From an uncultured delta proteobacterium (lineage in GTDB: Bacteria > Desulfobacterota > Binatia > UBA9968), in contig CAVTUQ010000034.1 in the NCBI GenBank assembly GCA_963737905.1, positions 64,001 through 128,000 of the forward strand: DNA of 64,000 nt, given 5' to 3'. Position 1 is the first letter of the stretch, and each line of letters opens with the position of its first letter. This document shows positions 9,733-18,636 of this stretch, in pieces. Both the position numbers and the translations under genes were made by a program. The notes under the pieces were generated by a model, which saw only the letters and a list, made by a program, of their open reading frames with translations, made no database searches and had not been told where the DNA came from.

Positions 9733-10248
9733 ATGATCTACATGGTGGAGATGGCGCTGCTCGAGACCGCGCGGCGCGCCGAGTGGGACGCCTGGTACTT
9801 CGCCCACCAGCATCGGCTGCTGTCCATCCCGGGATTCCGCGCCAGTCAGCGCTTCGAGACAATCCACACGGTGGAATCGCCCTTTGTGGCGCTGCACGAG
9901 GTTGACTCGCCCGAGATCTTCTCTAGCCCCGCATATCGTGCGAACGGAGGACCGAGCAACACGGGTGAGTGGCAGGCGAAGATGGGTCACTGGCACCGTA
10001 ACCTGTTCGGCGCGGAACATACCCCGGATGTGCCCATGGAGGCACGTCTGGTAGTCGTCGAGGAGGGTAGCGACCCGGCGTTGCCGGACCACGTGTCGGT
10101 GCGGTGGATGGAGGCAGTCGGGCTGGATCGCAGCGTGCCACGGCGCGGGCTCGCGGTGCTGCCGCCCGCGACGGCGGACCCGCTCGTCGGCACGCCCGGC
10201 ATCCGCGTTCTGAAACCGATCGGCGCGCGCCTCCGCGGCAAAGGCTGA
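9733..10248 (+). CDS. Hypothetical protein, EthD/dimeric alpha-beta barrel-like
   Basis: WDAWYFAHQHRLLSIPGFRASQRF pattern; GC-rich codon usage. Confidence 0.65.
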   Translation: MIYMVEMALLETARRAEWDAWYFAHQHRLLSIPGFRASQRFETIHTVESPFVALHEVDSPEIFSSPAYRANGGPSNTGEWQAKMGHWHRNLFGAEHTPDVPMEARLVVVEEGSDPALPDHVSVRWMEAVGLDRSVPRRGLAVLPPATADPLVGTPGIRVLKPIGARLRGKG

Positions 10249-10356
10249 CGCGAGCAAAGGAGCACGCGATGGAGGGGATCGTCGAGGTGGTACACCGGAG
10301 TGCGTCATACACTCAAAGGGAAGAAAAGGGGATAAAGGCCGGTTATTGACGGTGTT

Positions 10357-10411
10357 GCCTAACCTTTGGGAAGGACGCGGCGGACAGCGCCTCTCACCAA
10401 AATCGTTAGGC
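10357..10411 (+). mobile_element. attC-like site
   Basis: Perfectly complementary GCCTAAC / GTTAGGC ends, internal TTTGG/CCAAA pairing, 55 bp. Confidence 0.45.
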
Positions 10412-10434
10412 GGGGGAAGTGGAGACGCGCGTTG

Positions 10435-11400
10435 ATGCTGCTTTCCATAGGTCTCATCGCCCTGGGTATTATCCTGCTCGTGGCGGGCGGTGAAACGCTC
10501 CTTCGCGGAGCAGTCGGTCTCGCCACACTTCTGCGGCTGACGCCCGCTGTCATCGGTCTGACGGTCGTCGCCGCCGGGACGTCCGTACCCGAACTCGCGG
10601 TCAGCGCTGTCGCCGCCTACCAGGGGAAGGTGGATATCGCGGTCGCCAACGTGATTGGCTCGAATATCTTTAACATCACGGTCATCCTGGGACTTTGTGC
10701 CCTGATCCGTCCGTTCGCTCTCACCGGCAACACGATCAAGCTCGAATATCCGGTCCTCGCGCTCGTAACGCTCCTTTGTCTGGTCGTCGCCCAGGACGGT
10801 GAGATCAACCGGTTGGACGCCTCGCTGTTCTTGGCTGTTTACGTCGGCTTCACTGCGTATCTCGTAAGCCTGGTTCGCCAGCAGGTGACGGCCGCCGAGA
10901 CCCGGGAACTGAATGCCGAGGTCAAGGAACTCACGCCGGCCGAGAATCGGCCGCGCGCCTGGGTTTGCCTCGCGCTCGTCGTGGCCGGTGCCTTGCTATT
11001 GGCAGGAGGCGCTCACGCGACGGTAACGGGCGCAGCCGAACTAGCTCGCCTCTTTGGCTGGTCGGAGCGGCTCATTGGGCTGACGGTCGTTTCCGTCGGG
11101 ACGGGGCTTCCGGAAGTCGTCGCGTCCCTAGTGTCGAGTGTTCGCGGCCGGAGCGACGTGGCCCTCGGCAACGTCATCGGCTCAAACCTGTTCAATATCC
11201 TTGCCGTCCTCGGCCTGAGCGCGATGGCATCGCCGCTGCCAGTTCAACCAGCGCTGATGGCTAGTGACAGCTGGTGGATGCTGGGGGTGACGCTGCTACT
11301 GTTCCCGATCTTGTTCACGGGATTGCGGGTGAGACGCGGGGAGGGCGGCCTGCTTCTGGTTGTGTATTGCGTGTACCTTGGGTTGTTGCTGAGTGGGTAG
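10435..11400 (+). CDS. yrbG: Calcium/sodium antiporter (CaCA, YrbG-like)
   Basis: Duplicated alpha repeats GTSVPE...NVIGSNIFN and GTGLPE...NVIGSNLFN. Confidence 0.92.
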   Translation: MLLSIGLIALGIILLVAGGETLLRGAVGLATLLRLTPAVIGLTVVAAGTSVPELAVSAVAAYQGKVDIAVANVIGSNIFNITVILGLCALIRPFALTGNTIKLEYPVLALVTLLCLVVAQDGEINRLDASLFLAVYVGFTAYLVSLVRQQVTAAETRELNAEVKELTPAENRPRAWVCLALVVAGALLLAGGAHATVTGAAELARLFGWSERLIGLTVVSVGTGLPEVVASLVSSVRGRSDVALGNVIGSNLFNILAVLGLSAMASPLPVQPALMASDSWWMLGVTLLLFPILFTGLRVRRGEGGLLLVVYCVYLGLLLSG

Positions 11401-11490
11401 CCGCATCAACACGACGTTCCTTGCGGCGACCGTTTTTAAGCCTGGGGGCAGTAGCGCGGATCAACGGGCAGCCGTGAGCCCAGGGTTATT

Positions 11491-12492
11491 TCACTTTGGC
11501 AGCCGCGGTGGAACGATTTCGATGAGCACGGCTTCGGGGTCCGCGCCCCAGCGCCAGGGAAGTCCCACGCTGCCGAGACCGCGTGAGACAACAAGCAGCG
11601 ATGAGCCAAATGCGAAATTGCCCTCGTCGAGACAAAAACGGCTCTGGCGAAGTATTGGCGAGCCATAGGGCAGACGTATTTGGCCACCATGAGTGTGGCC
11701 TGAAAGGGTCAGCGGTATCCGGTGGGACGCAGCCTCGTAAAAAAAATCTGGGTTGTGCGCCAGAAGAAGATGCGGAGCCCCGTGTGGCGACAACATTTTT
11801 TCCCAATCCGGCGCACCCATGATGCGGTCGTCGATCCCGCCGAGAACAAAAGTCCCTCTGCCATGCCTGAGGAGCACGGAGTCATTTTGGAGAGTTGTGA
11901 TTCCGATCGACTTCAGATTTTTTCGAATGTCCGCCGGATCGCCACCGAAATAGTCGTGGTTGCCGTAGCAATACCACGCGCCTAGAGGGGCTCGGGATAA
12001 GAGACTCAAGATGTCCAGGTATTTGCTTACTTCGCTTGAATGGCCTGTGACAATATCACCGCTGATGGCTACCAAGTCTGGTTTTAGCTCCATCAACGAC
12101 GCACTGATTTTCGCTAGCGGTTCCGGTTTGAGGAAGATGCCGCAATGAATGTCGGAGATTAACAGTACCCTCAGGGGATCCAGTTCCGCCGGCCAACCCT
12201 GCGGCGAGAGCGAAGTCTCCGCCAGGGCAAAGCGTCTTTCGAGCAGCCAACTATACGGATTCCACACAGCGGCGAGATGCGGATATAGAAAACGCGATAG
12301 GGCCATGTCCGTGTTGCGTTCCAGGAGCTTTAGAATCCCTTTGTTGGGATTGATCCATCGCCGCTCCTTCCCGCTCATCACACGCGGCGGTGAAAGTTGT
12401 CGTGTTTTTAGGGTTGTGGTTGTGGATTTCCTTGTCATCGCTGGAGATACTATCTCATGCACCTTGGAGAGATCCGTCTTTGAGATCGACAT
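11491..12492 (-). CDS. Metallophosphoesterase (YkuE/YaeI-like)
   Basis: DIH, GDIV, GNHD, HNP, GHTHGGQ motifs; start uncertain. Confidence 0.9.
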   Translation of the reverse strand: MSISKTDLSKVHEIVSPAMTRKSTTTTLKTRQLSPPRVMSGKERRWINPNKGILKLLERNTDMALSRFLYPHLAAVWNPYSWLLERRFALAETSLSPQGWPAELDPLRVLLISDIHCGIFLKPEPLAKISASLMELKPDLVAISGDIVTGHSSEVSKYLDILSLLSRAPLGAWYCYGNHDYFGGDPADIRKNLKSIGITTLQNDSVLLRHGRGTFVLGGIDDRIMGAPDWEKMLSPHGAPHLLLAHNPDFFYEAASHRIPLTLSGHTHGGQIRLPYGSPILRQSRFCLDEGNFAFGSSLLVVSRGLGSVGLPWRWGADPEAVLIEIVPPRLPK

Positions 12493-12608
12493 ATCCTGAT
12501 ATTGTGACTTAATCTGCCGACCTGAACAACCTCACGCGTTGACAAATTAGTCCGTGGAGCACTAAAGTTGCCGTTGGGTCGGATACATTCGCGCAAGAGA
12601 AATTTCAA

Positions 12609-13889
12609 ATGCAGTTGAAGCTTGCAATCCATCGAATATCAGCGATCTGCTTCGGAACCGTTACCTCCTTAGACGGAACGACACTGGTTGTGGACGCCGA
12701 AGAGTTGCGTCGCCTGGTGTTGGAAGATCCGTCTCTCTCAGGCGTCAAATTTGAGATTGTGCAGCCAGGTGAAAGCTGCCGGGCGGGACCGGTTTTCGAC
12801 ATTATCGAGCCCAGAGCAAAAGGACCGGATTCGAGCCCGGACTTCCCCGGCATTTTAGGGCCGCCGCAAACCGCGGGCATGGGCACGACGCATGTTCTGG
12901 AAGGGATGGCGGTAACCGTACTGAAAGAGACAGGTGCGGGCGACTCGCGCGGAGCGCCAGGATATATCCTGGAGATGAGCGGCGGCCCGGCTGACGGAAC
13001 GAAGTATGCCTCGCTGCATCATCTGGTCGTGATCCCATACACCAAGCCTGGACTGCCGGGCCATGCGCAGCAAAAAGCCTACCGTTTGGCAGGGCTAAAA
13101 GCCGCGGTTTATTTGGCGCGAGCGGCGATGAACGAAACACCGGTCTCGACGCAAACGTTCGAATCTATCGGACCTGCGGAAGGGGATCGGGATGGGCTGC
13201 CGCGGGTCGCCTACATCGGTCAAATTTTTTCGCGTCAGCGAAAGCCGCAGTCGGGCGAGCAGATCTTATATGGCGCGGGTACGGATGGTATGCTGCCCGT
13301 CGTGCTTCACCCCGACGAATGGCTCGACGGAGCGCTGGTCCCCTCCTACCATAACTCGCTAGGAGGCGTGGAGACCTATTTCTATCAGAATCATCCGGTG
13401 ATCGGTGAACTTTACCGGCGCCATCATGCGCGCGAGCTTAACTTCGTCGGCACGGTTGCGACGATTGCCGCGGCGGATAATTTTGACCGCGACCGTAACT
13501 GCCGATTCGCCGCCAATCTCGTCCGCTGGTCATTGAAAGCGAACGCCGCGGTGTTGACCAAGTTCGGTGGCGGCGTGCCCCACGCCGATCTGGCGGAAAC
13601 GGCGCGCCTGCTGGAGGGCATGGGCACCAAGACCGCGGTTCAGGTGACTGATCTCGCTCGGGACCGAAGGTTGGAGTCGGCGTTGCTATTTAATTTTCCC
13701 GAGGTCAACGCCATTGTCTGCATCGGCGGCAACAGCACGACATGGGAGGCGTCTCGCCTCGATCGAGTGATAGCAGCGAGCCCCGAGATGGTCGAGCGGC
13801 TGCGCGGCCCGTTTGAGCTTGAAGCGATGAGCGTCATCGGCGTATCCAATCAGCAGGGGATATCCCGGCTGAGGGCGATGATCTATTAA
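12609..13889 (+). CDS. grdE: Glycine/sarcosine/betaine reductase component B proprotein-like subunit (GrdE family, divergent)
   Basis: DIIEPRAK...FPG...GMGTTHVLEG, LPRVAYI, TYFYQNHPVI.ELY; directly upstream of grdB. Confidence 0.85.
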   Translation: MQLKLAIHRISAICFGTVTSLDGTTLVVDAEELRRLVLEDPSLSGVKFEIVQPGESCRAGPVFDIIEPRAKGPDSSPDFPGILGPPQTAGMGTTHVLEGMAVTVLKETGAGDSRGAPGYILEMSGGPADGTKYASLHHLVVIPYTKPGLPGHAQQKAYRLAGLKAAVYLARAAMNETPVSTQTFESIGPAEGDRDGLPRVAYIGQIFSRQRKPQSGEQILYGAGTDGMLPVVLHPDEWLDGALVPSYHNSLGGVETYFYQNHPVIGELYRRHHARELNFVGTVATIAAADNFDRDRNCRFAANLVRWSLKANAAVLTKFGGGVPHADLAETARLLEGMGTKTAVQVTDLARDRRLESALLFNFPEVNAIVCIGGNSTTWEASRLDRVIAASPEMVERLRGPFELEAMSVIGVSNQQGISRLRAMIY

Positions 13890-13910
13890 CGCAAGGGTAT
13901 GCGATACGAA

Positions 13911-13991
13911 TGGAACGGCTGGAACGACTTGAACATAAGGCGCTGCTCGTTCAAGCGGTTCAAAACGTTCAAGCCGTTCAACTAGATTCAA
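13911..13991. repeat. 9-bp unit inverted repeat array (TGGAACGnC / GTTCAAnnn)
   Basis: 3 T(G/T)GAAC units followed by 4-5 GTTCAA units; can fold into a hairpin between grdE and grdB. Confidence 0.75.
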
Positions 13992-14003
13992 AGAGGAGCG
14001 CAC

Positions 14004-15284
14004 ATGCGAGTTGTACATTATCTGAATCAGTTTTTCGGCGGTCTTGGCGGAGAAGATAAGGCGGGTGTCCCGCTAGAAGCGCGTGAGGGCGCCGTGGGTC
14101 CAGGTCTGCTGCTGGAGCAATTGCTCGGCAACGATGCAAAAGTGGTCATCACCCTCGTTTGCGGCGATAACTATGCCGTCGAAAAGCAGGAGGCGATGAT
14201 TGACGCGGCCCTCGAAAAAATCCGCGAGGTCAAACCAGATCTATTTGTTGCAGGTCCTTGCTTTCAAGCCGGCCGCTATGGGATGGCGGCGGCAGCGCTC
14301 TGTTCTGCGGCGCAGTCGAAACTAGGGATTCCCGTTGTCACGGGCATGAGCGAAGAAAACCCCGGGGCCGATCTCTATCGCGAGGGACTTTACATCATCG
14401 ACTCCGGCACGAGTGCTGCCAGAATGCGCGACGTGCTCGTCAAGATGGCAAGCTTGGCGATGAAGCTGGTGAGCAAAGCGGAAATCGGCCTGCCGGCGGA
14501 AGAGAGCTACTTGACGCGTGGCTTGATACGGGATCAATTCGTTGAGCAAACAGCCGCGCAGCGGCTGGTGGATATGGTTTTGGCGAAGGTCAAAGGCGAG
14601 CCGTTTGAGTCGGAGATGATGCCGACTGCATTTGCGCCCATTCCGATGGCGCCGCCGCTCAAGGATCTATCGAAAGCCAGAGTGATGCTGATTACGGATG
14701 GTGGTTTGGTGCCGAAGGGAAACCCGGATCGGATTCAAGGCTCGGCTGCCACCCGGTGGGGTTCATACAAGATCGAAGGCTGCGACGATCTCAAAGCCGA
14801 AGATTACGAAATCTCCCACGGCGGCTATGATCCGCAATTCGTTCGGCAGGACCCCGATCGCTTGGTGCCGCTCGACACCATGCGCGAACTGGAGCGGGAA
14901 GGCGTCATCGGCAAGCTGCACGATGAATTCATCTCGACTTCGGGGTTGGCCAATCCGCTTTCCAATACGCGGCGCATGGGCCGCGAGATGGCTGAACGAG
15001 TGAAACAGCTCGGCATTGATGCAGTTATCCTTACGTCCACGTGAGGAACCAGCACCCGCAGCGGCGCTGCGATCACAACGGAATTGGAAAAGGCCGGGAT
15101 TCCGACGGTTCAAATTACAGCAGCTCTCCCGATCGCAAAGATGGTGGGCTCCAACCGCACCGTGTTGGGCAATGGCATCGTTCACGTCGTTGGCGATGCC
15201 AACCTTTCACCGGAGCAAGAAAAAGAAGTGCGCCGCAAACTGGTGGAAAAGGCGTTGGAGACGCTTAAGTCGGAAAGAAGCTAA
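14004..15284 (+). CDS. grdB: Glycine/betaine/sarcosine reductase family selenoprotein B (TGA 15042-15044 read as Sec)
   Basis: MRVVHYLNQFFGG, GPCFQAGRYG, HGGYD; ...ILTST-TGA-GTSTRSGAAITTELEKAGIP continues in frame to 15284, matching the LTSTUGTCTRCGA region of GrdB. Confidence 0.9.
15042..15071 (+). promoter_or_regulatory. Putative bacterial SECIS hairpin
   Basis: CGCAGC-GGC-GCTGCG stem-loop (15057-15071); G-first loop begins 18 nt after the UGA. Confidence 0.65.
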
Positions 15285-15360
15285 TCCTCAAGGCCACGAC
15301 CTCTTTGATCTCCGGCCTGGCATAAATCGAGAATGCATGAGTGGGAACCGGCATGCCGGG

Positions 15361-15519
15361 TTAGATCAGATCGGCGCCGCTCAGCATCGCAAATAGCGAC
15401 GCCGCCTCTGCGCGCGTCACCACTAGGAACAGCTGCACGGCGAGCACCAATAGCAAACCGAAAAACGCTATCAGAAGCAATCGAAGAACCGGAAGAACTT
15501 TTTCATCGTTGTCAGACAT
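15361..15519 (-). CDS. Small single-TM hypothetical protein (52 aa)
   Basis: GGAGG RBS, MSDNDEKVLPVLRLLLIAFFGLLLVLAVQLFLVV hydrophobic helix. Confidence 0.55.
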   Translation of the reverse strand: MSDNDEKVLPVLRLLLIAFFGLLLVLAVQLFLVVTRAEAASLFAMLSGADLI

Positions 15520-15598
15520 GAGCTTTCCTCCCGTGTTTCTCGAACGAATCTCGTAACGGACATTGCCGTTAGACACTCGCTGGTGTTAACTCAGGCGT

Positions 15599-15614
15599 TG
15601 GCATTTATTTCGCT
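15599..15614 (+). promoter_or_regulatory. Possible sigma-54 promoter
   Basis: TGGCAT-TTATT-TCGCT with correct GG/GC spacing; mismatches to the best consensus. Confidence 0.35.
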
Positions 15615-15831
15615 AGCCTCGCAGAGGCCTATATAAAAAATGGGGTTTTTGCAACCACCCGGATCAAACGTATTGGGCGCGGACGTACTTGGAAATAATT
15701 GACACGGCGTCAAGCCGTTGTTAGGGTCGGTGGCAACCGACGACGGAGAAACGCCAGGCTATCGATCCAAAACAGGCTTGAGACTGTTCGTTGAGTCGCT
15801 CAACGCCTTTGGGTCAACAACTCATTGGAAC

Positions 15832-16560
15832 ATGGAACAAATTAAAGCGCTCTTTTGGATTTATAAGACCTGTCTAGTTCGCACGGTGGAGCTGGTTCGA
15901 AACAATCTGGGAATCATTTTTGCGCCGATAGCCTACGGATTGGTGTTGTCTGCCGCCGCGTTGCTGCTCGCGCCCTTTGGTTTCATCGGCGGGATGGTTC
16001 TTGGGGCGGTATTGGCGGCGTGCGCGAGTTCCGCGCTTTATCTTATTGATAATGTCGTTCGAATGGGCAAAGCAACTTTCCAGGACTTCGCCAGAGGGTT
16101 CACAGTTTATATATGGGACATACTCACTCTAGCGTTCATCTTCTGGATCCCGATGAGGCTCCTGGCCCAATTCGCCTATACAACCCCAAATGGTCCGTTG
16201 CTCTATCTGGGAGTTCAGATTCTCTTGTACGTCATCTTCAACGCTGTGCCCGAGCTGATATACCAGGGCCGTGTGTCAGGCTTGGCGGTTTTGTCGGCCA
16301 GCTATCAATTCATCGTGGAGAACTGGATCGAGTGGTTGTTGCCGAATCTCCTGGTTGGAGTGGCGGGTTACTTGCTAAGAGATTTGGTATACAGCGCGGT
16401 TGCGCGCTTGCCTTTTTTTCTTCAGTATTTCTTTGTCGAAGCTGCCTTTGGCCTTTTCCTCACTTTCTTGATGATTTTTCGCGGCCTGCTTTTTTCAGAG
16501 CTCAACGGTACTACGCGGCGCAGCCGAGTTTATCGCTACAAAGCGCGCTCATCGCAGTGA
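15832..16560 (+). CDS. Multi-pass membrane hypothetical protein
   Basis: About 6 hydrophobic segments; FNAVPELIY and ENWIEW. Confidence 0.75.
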   Translation: MEQIKALFWIYKTCLVRTVELVRNNLGIIFAPIAYGLVLSAAALLLAPFGFIGGMVLGAVLAACASSALYLIDNVVRMGKATFQDFARGFTVYIWDILTLAFIFWIPMRLLAQFAYTTPNGPLLYLGVQILLYVIFNAVPELIYQGRVSGLAVLSASYQFIVENWIEWLLPNLLVGVAGYLLRDLVYSAVARLPFFLQYFFVEAAFGLFLTFLMIFRGLLFSELNGTTRRSRVYRYKARSSQ

Positions 16561-16615
16561 AAATGTCCGTTGTCGGAGATGAGGCCGCTGAACGTAATGT
16601 TCTGGCACGGCCGTC

Positions 16616-17821
16616 TCAACGGTAGAGCAGCACTGATTCCCGCTCTTCAAGCCAGGAATTTTCGTCGGGCTTTGCCAGCGCGTCGAGATCGGCGGGCAGG
16701 GCGGTAGGTTCATCGATCCACTGACGCAACAGCGCGCTTCCATTGATCAGATCGATGGCGAGTCGATCTTGTTCGTACTCATAGGGGAAGTCCCGCCAAA
16801 GATCATAGTCGGGTCGTAAAATCCGCAGGGACTTAAGCGCCAGCGCGATGAGCCGCCACGGCCGAAAGCCGGCGTGATCGTAGCGAGTGTCATCGACGTG
16901 GATCTGTATTCCTGCGCAAAGTTTGCCTCCGTGTTTGTGAAACGTCGGCTCGAACCAACAATCCCGCAGCCGGCAGCCAAGCATCCAGTCAGGCGCCAGG
17001 GATTCCATCTTAGCCACCAACGCGCGAGGCTCAAGATCCGGCGCACCGAAGAGCTCCAATGGACGAGTCGTGCCGCGTCCCTCGGAAAGAGTGGTGCCTT
17101 CCAGCATCACGGTTCCGGAATAACAGCGCGCCATCCACAGATTCGATGCGTTTGGACTCGGATTTACCCACGTGCGCTCGCCGAGGGGCCAACCGCACCC
17201 GGGTGCCCTCGACGGCGCCCAACCATCCATCGTCACAACTTTACATTCCACGTGGAGGCCCAGCGTGCTCACGAACCAACTCGCGATCTCTCCTAGAGTG
17301 AGACCGTGACGCATGGGCAGCGGTCCCGCGCCCACAAAGCTTTCCCAACCGGGGCGGAGGCGCAGACCTTCCACGGGACGTCCCACCGGATTGGGGCGGT
17401 CGAGAACCCAGACGGTCTTGCCGTGTTCCGCAGCCGCTTCGAGAACGTAACGCAGGGTTGTGATAAAGGTGTAAACGCGGCAGCCCACGTCCTGAAGATC
17501 GACGAGCAAAACATCGAAGCTGCCCATCATCGCTGCTGTCGGCCGGCGTACCTCGCCGTAGAGACTAAAGACCGGAATCCCATGCACGGAGTCACGGAAG
17601 TCAAGCGACTCGATCATGTTATCTTGCTTGTCGCCCCGGAGACCGTGCTGGGGACCGAAAGCCGCGACCAGCTCGATGTCTTTTAGCGCTCGGAGCGCGT
17701 CCAGGGAGTGGACCAAGTCGCGGGTCACTGAAGCCGGGTGTGCAAGCAGCGCGACACGTCGTCCTTCCAGCGGTTTTCTGAGCGCGGGTTCTTCCAGAAG
17801 ACGATCGATTCCTAACTTCAT
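16616..17821 (-). CDS. namZ: Exo-beta-N-acetylmuramidase NamZ / DUF1343 family
   Basis: FGPQHG, DLQDVGCRVYTF, LDRPNP, RHGLTLGE, PSPN, SEGRGTTRP. Confidence 0.93.
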   Translation of the reverse strand: MKLGIDRLLEEPALRKPLEGRRVALLAHPASVTRDLVHSLDALRALKDIELVAAFGPQHGLRGDKQDNMIESLDFRDSVHGIPVFSLYGEVRRPTAAMMGSFDVLLVDLQDVGCRVYTFITTLRYVLEAAAEHGKTVWVLDRPNPVGRPVEGLRLRPGWESFVGAGPLPMRHGLTLGEIASWFVSTLGLHVECKVVTMDGWAPSRAPGCGWPLGERTWVNPSPNASNLWMARCYSGTVMLEGTTLSEGRGTTRPLELFGAPDLEPRALVAKMESLAPDWMLGCRLRDCWFEPTFHKHGGKLCAGIQIHVDDTRYDHAGFRPWRLIALALKSLRILRPDYDLWRDFPYEYEQDRLAIDLINGSALLRQWIDEPTALPADLDALAKPDENSWLEERESVLLYR

Positions 17822-18447
17822 CGATTGCCAGTATAAGCAGGATCGTTGAAGGCATCCATATCAGAGGAGGGCTTGAGATCCAAAGTGAAGGCATCGGGGT
17901 GGTGAAAGTCAGGTTTGCCTGGCGGGTGCTTGAGCGCCCAATAGGAGAGCATACGGTCTTCGTCTTCGATCACCGCAGAAAGCGCGAGCTGCAACCACGC
18001 GCGCGGCGGTATCGCCGGCAAACGATCCACGCGAATGATGGCATCGAGATCAAGCCGGTCAGGCACGTTACGCGCCGTAACCCGAGGCGCCAGCTTGATA
18101 TCCCCAAGCCGTGTCCCATCGCGATAGCGCGAAAAGCTATAAGCAGCCCACTGCCCGGAGGGAGCGAAATTGAACTCGTAGTATTCCGCTTTGCCTTTCA
18201 CGGAGACGAAAGCTTCAAAGCAGGTGTGTTGCCACAGGCGGTCCGCTTTGCGGGGCGGCCGAGGCGGCGGAATCCGAAGACGCGTCAAGTCTCCCTTGAG
18301 AGTATAAGTAAGAGCCAGCGCGCCATCCCGAGTCCAACCCACACGGGCTTCGAGTCCGTGGACGGCCCGGCTGTATGTCTCGGGATGACAGGTGAGCTGG
18401 GTCGTATACGGTATACCGGGCATCGTCATAGTGCGCGCTTGCACCAT
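17818..18447 (-). CDS. DOMON-like domain protein
   Basis: LWQHTCFEAF, YYEFNFAPSGQWAAY, YWALKH..GKPDFH; overlaps the namZ start by 4 bp. Confidence 0.88.
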   Translation of the reverse strand: MVQARTMTMPGIPYTTQLTCHPETYSRAVHGLEARVGWTRDGALALTYTLKGDLTRLRIPPPRPPRKADRLWQHTCFEAFVSVKGKAEYYEFNFAPSGQWAAYSFSRYRDGTRLGDIKLAPRVTARNVPDRLDLDAIIRVDRLPAIPPRAWLQLALSAVIEDEDRMLSYWALKHPPGKPDFHHPDAFTLDLKPSSDMDAFNDPAYTGNR

Positions 18448-18563
18448 TGTACTCGATGTTGGTGACGAACATCCAGAATAGTGTCGCGGAAATTGGTCTA
18501 TTAAGGTTGCTACCCGGATTCATTCAGCGATCCAGGGCTAGCTTGCCGAGGCAATGGGCCTCC

Positions 18564-18627
18564 TTCAAGGTTCAAGGTTGACGAGAACTGCCTGTCTCTT
18601 TGAACTTTGAACCTGGAACATTGAACT
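18564..18627. repeat. 7-bp unit inverted repeat array (TTCAAGG / TTGAACn)
   Basis: TTCAAGG x2, then TTGAACT, TTGAACC, TGGAACA, TTGAACT. Confidence 0.7.
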
Positions 18628-18636
18628 TGCGCCTCG

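Noticed and set aside
13911-13991. CRISPR-like array
   Set aside because: Units are 9 bp with no unique spacers and no cas genes.
15084-15284. Separate 66-aa gene
   Set aside because: It is the in-frame C-terminus of GrdB after the Sec codon.
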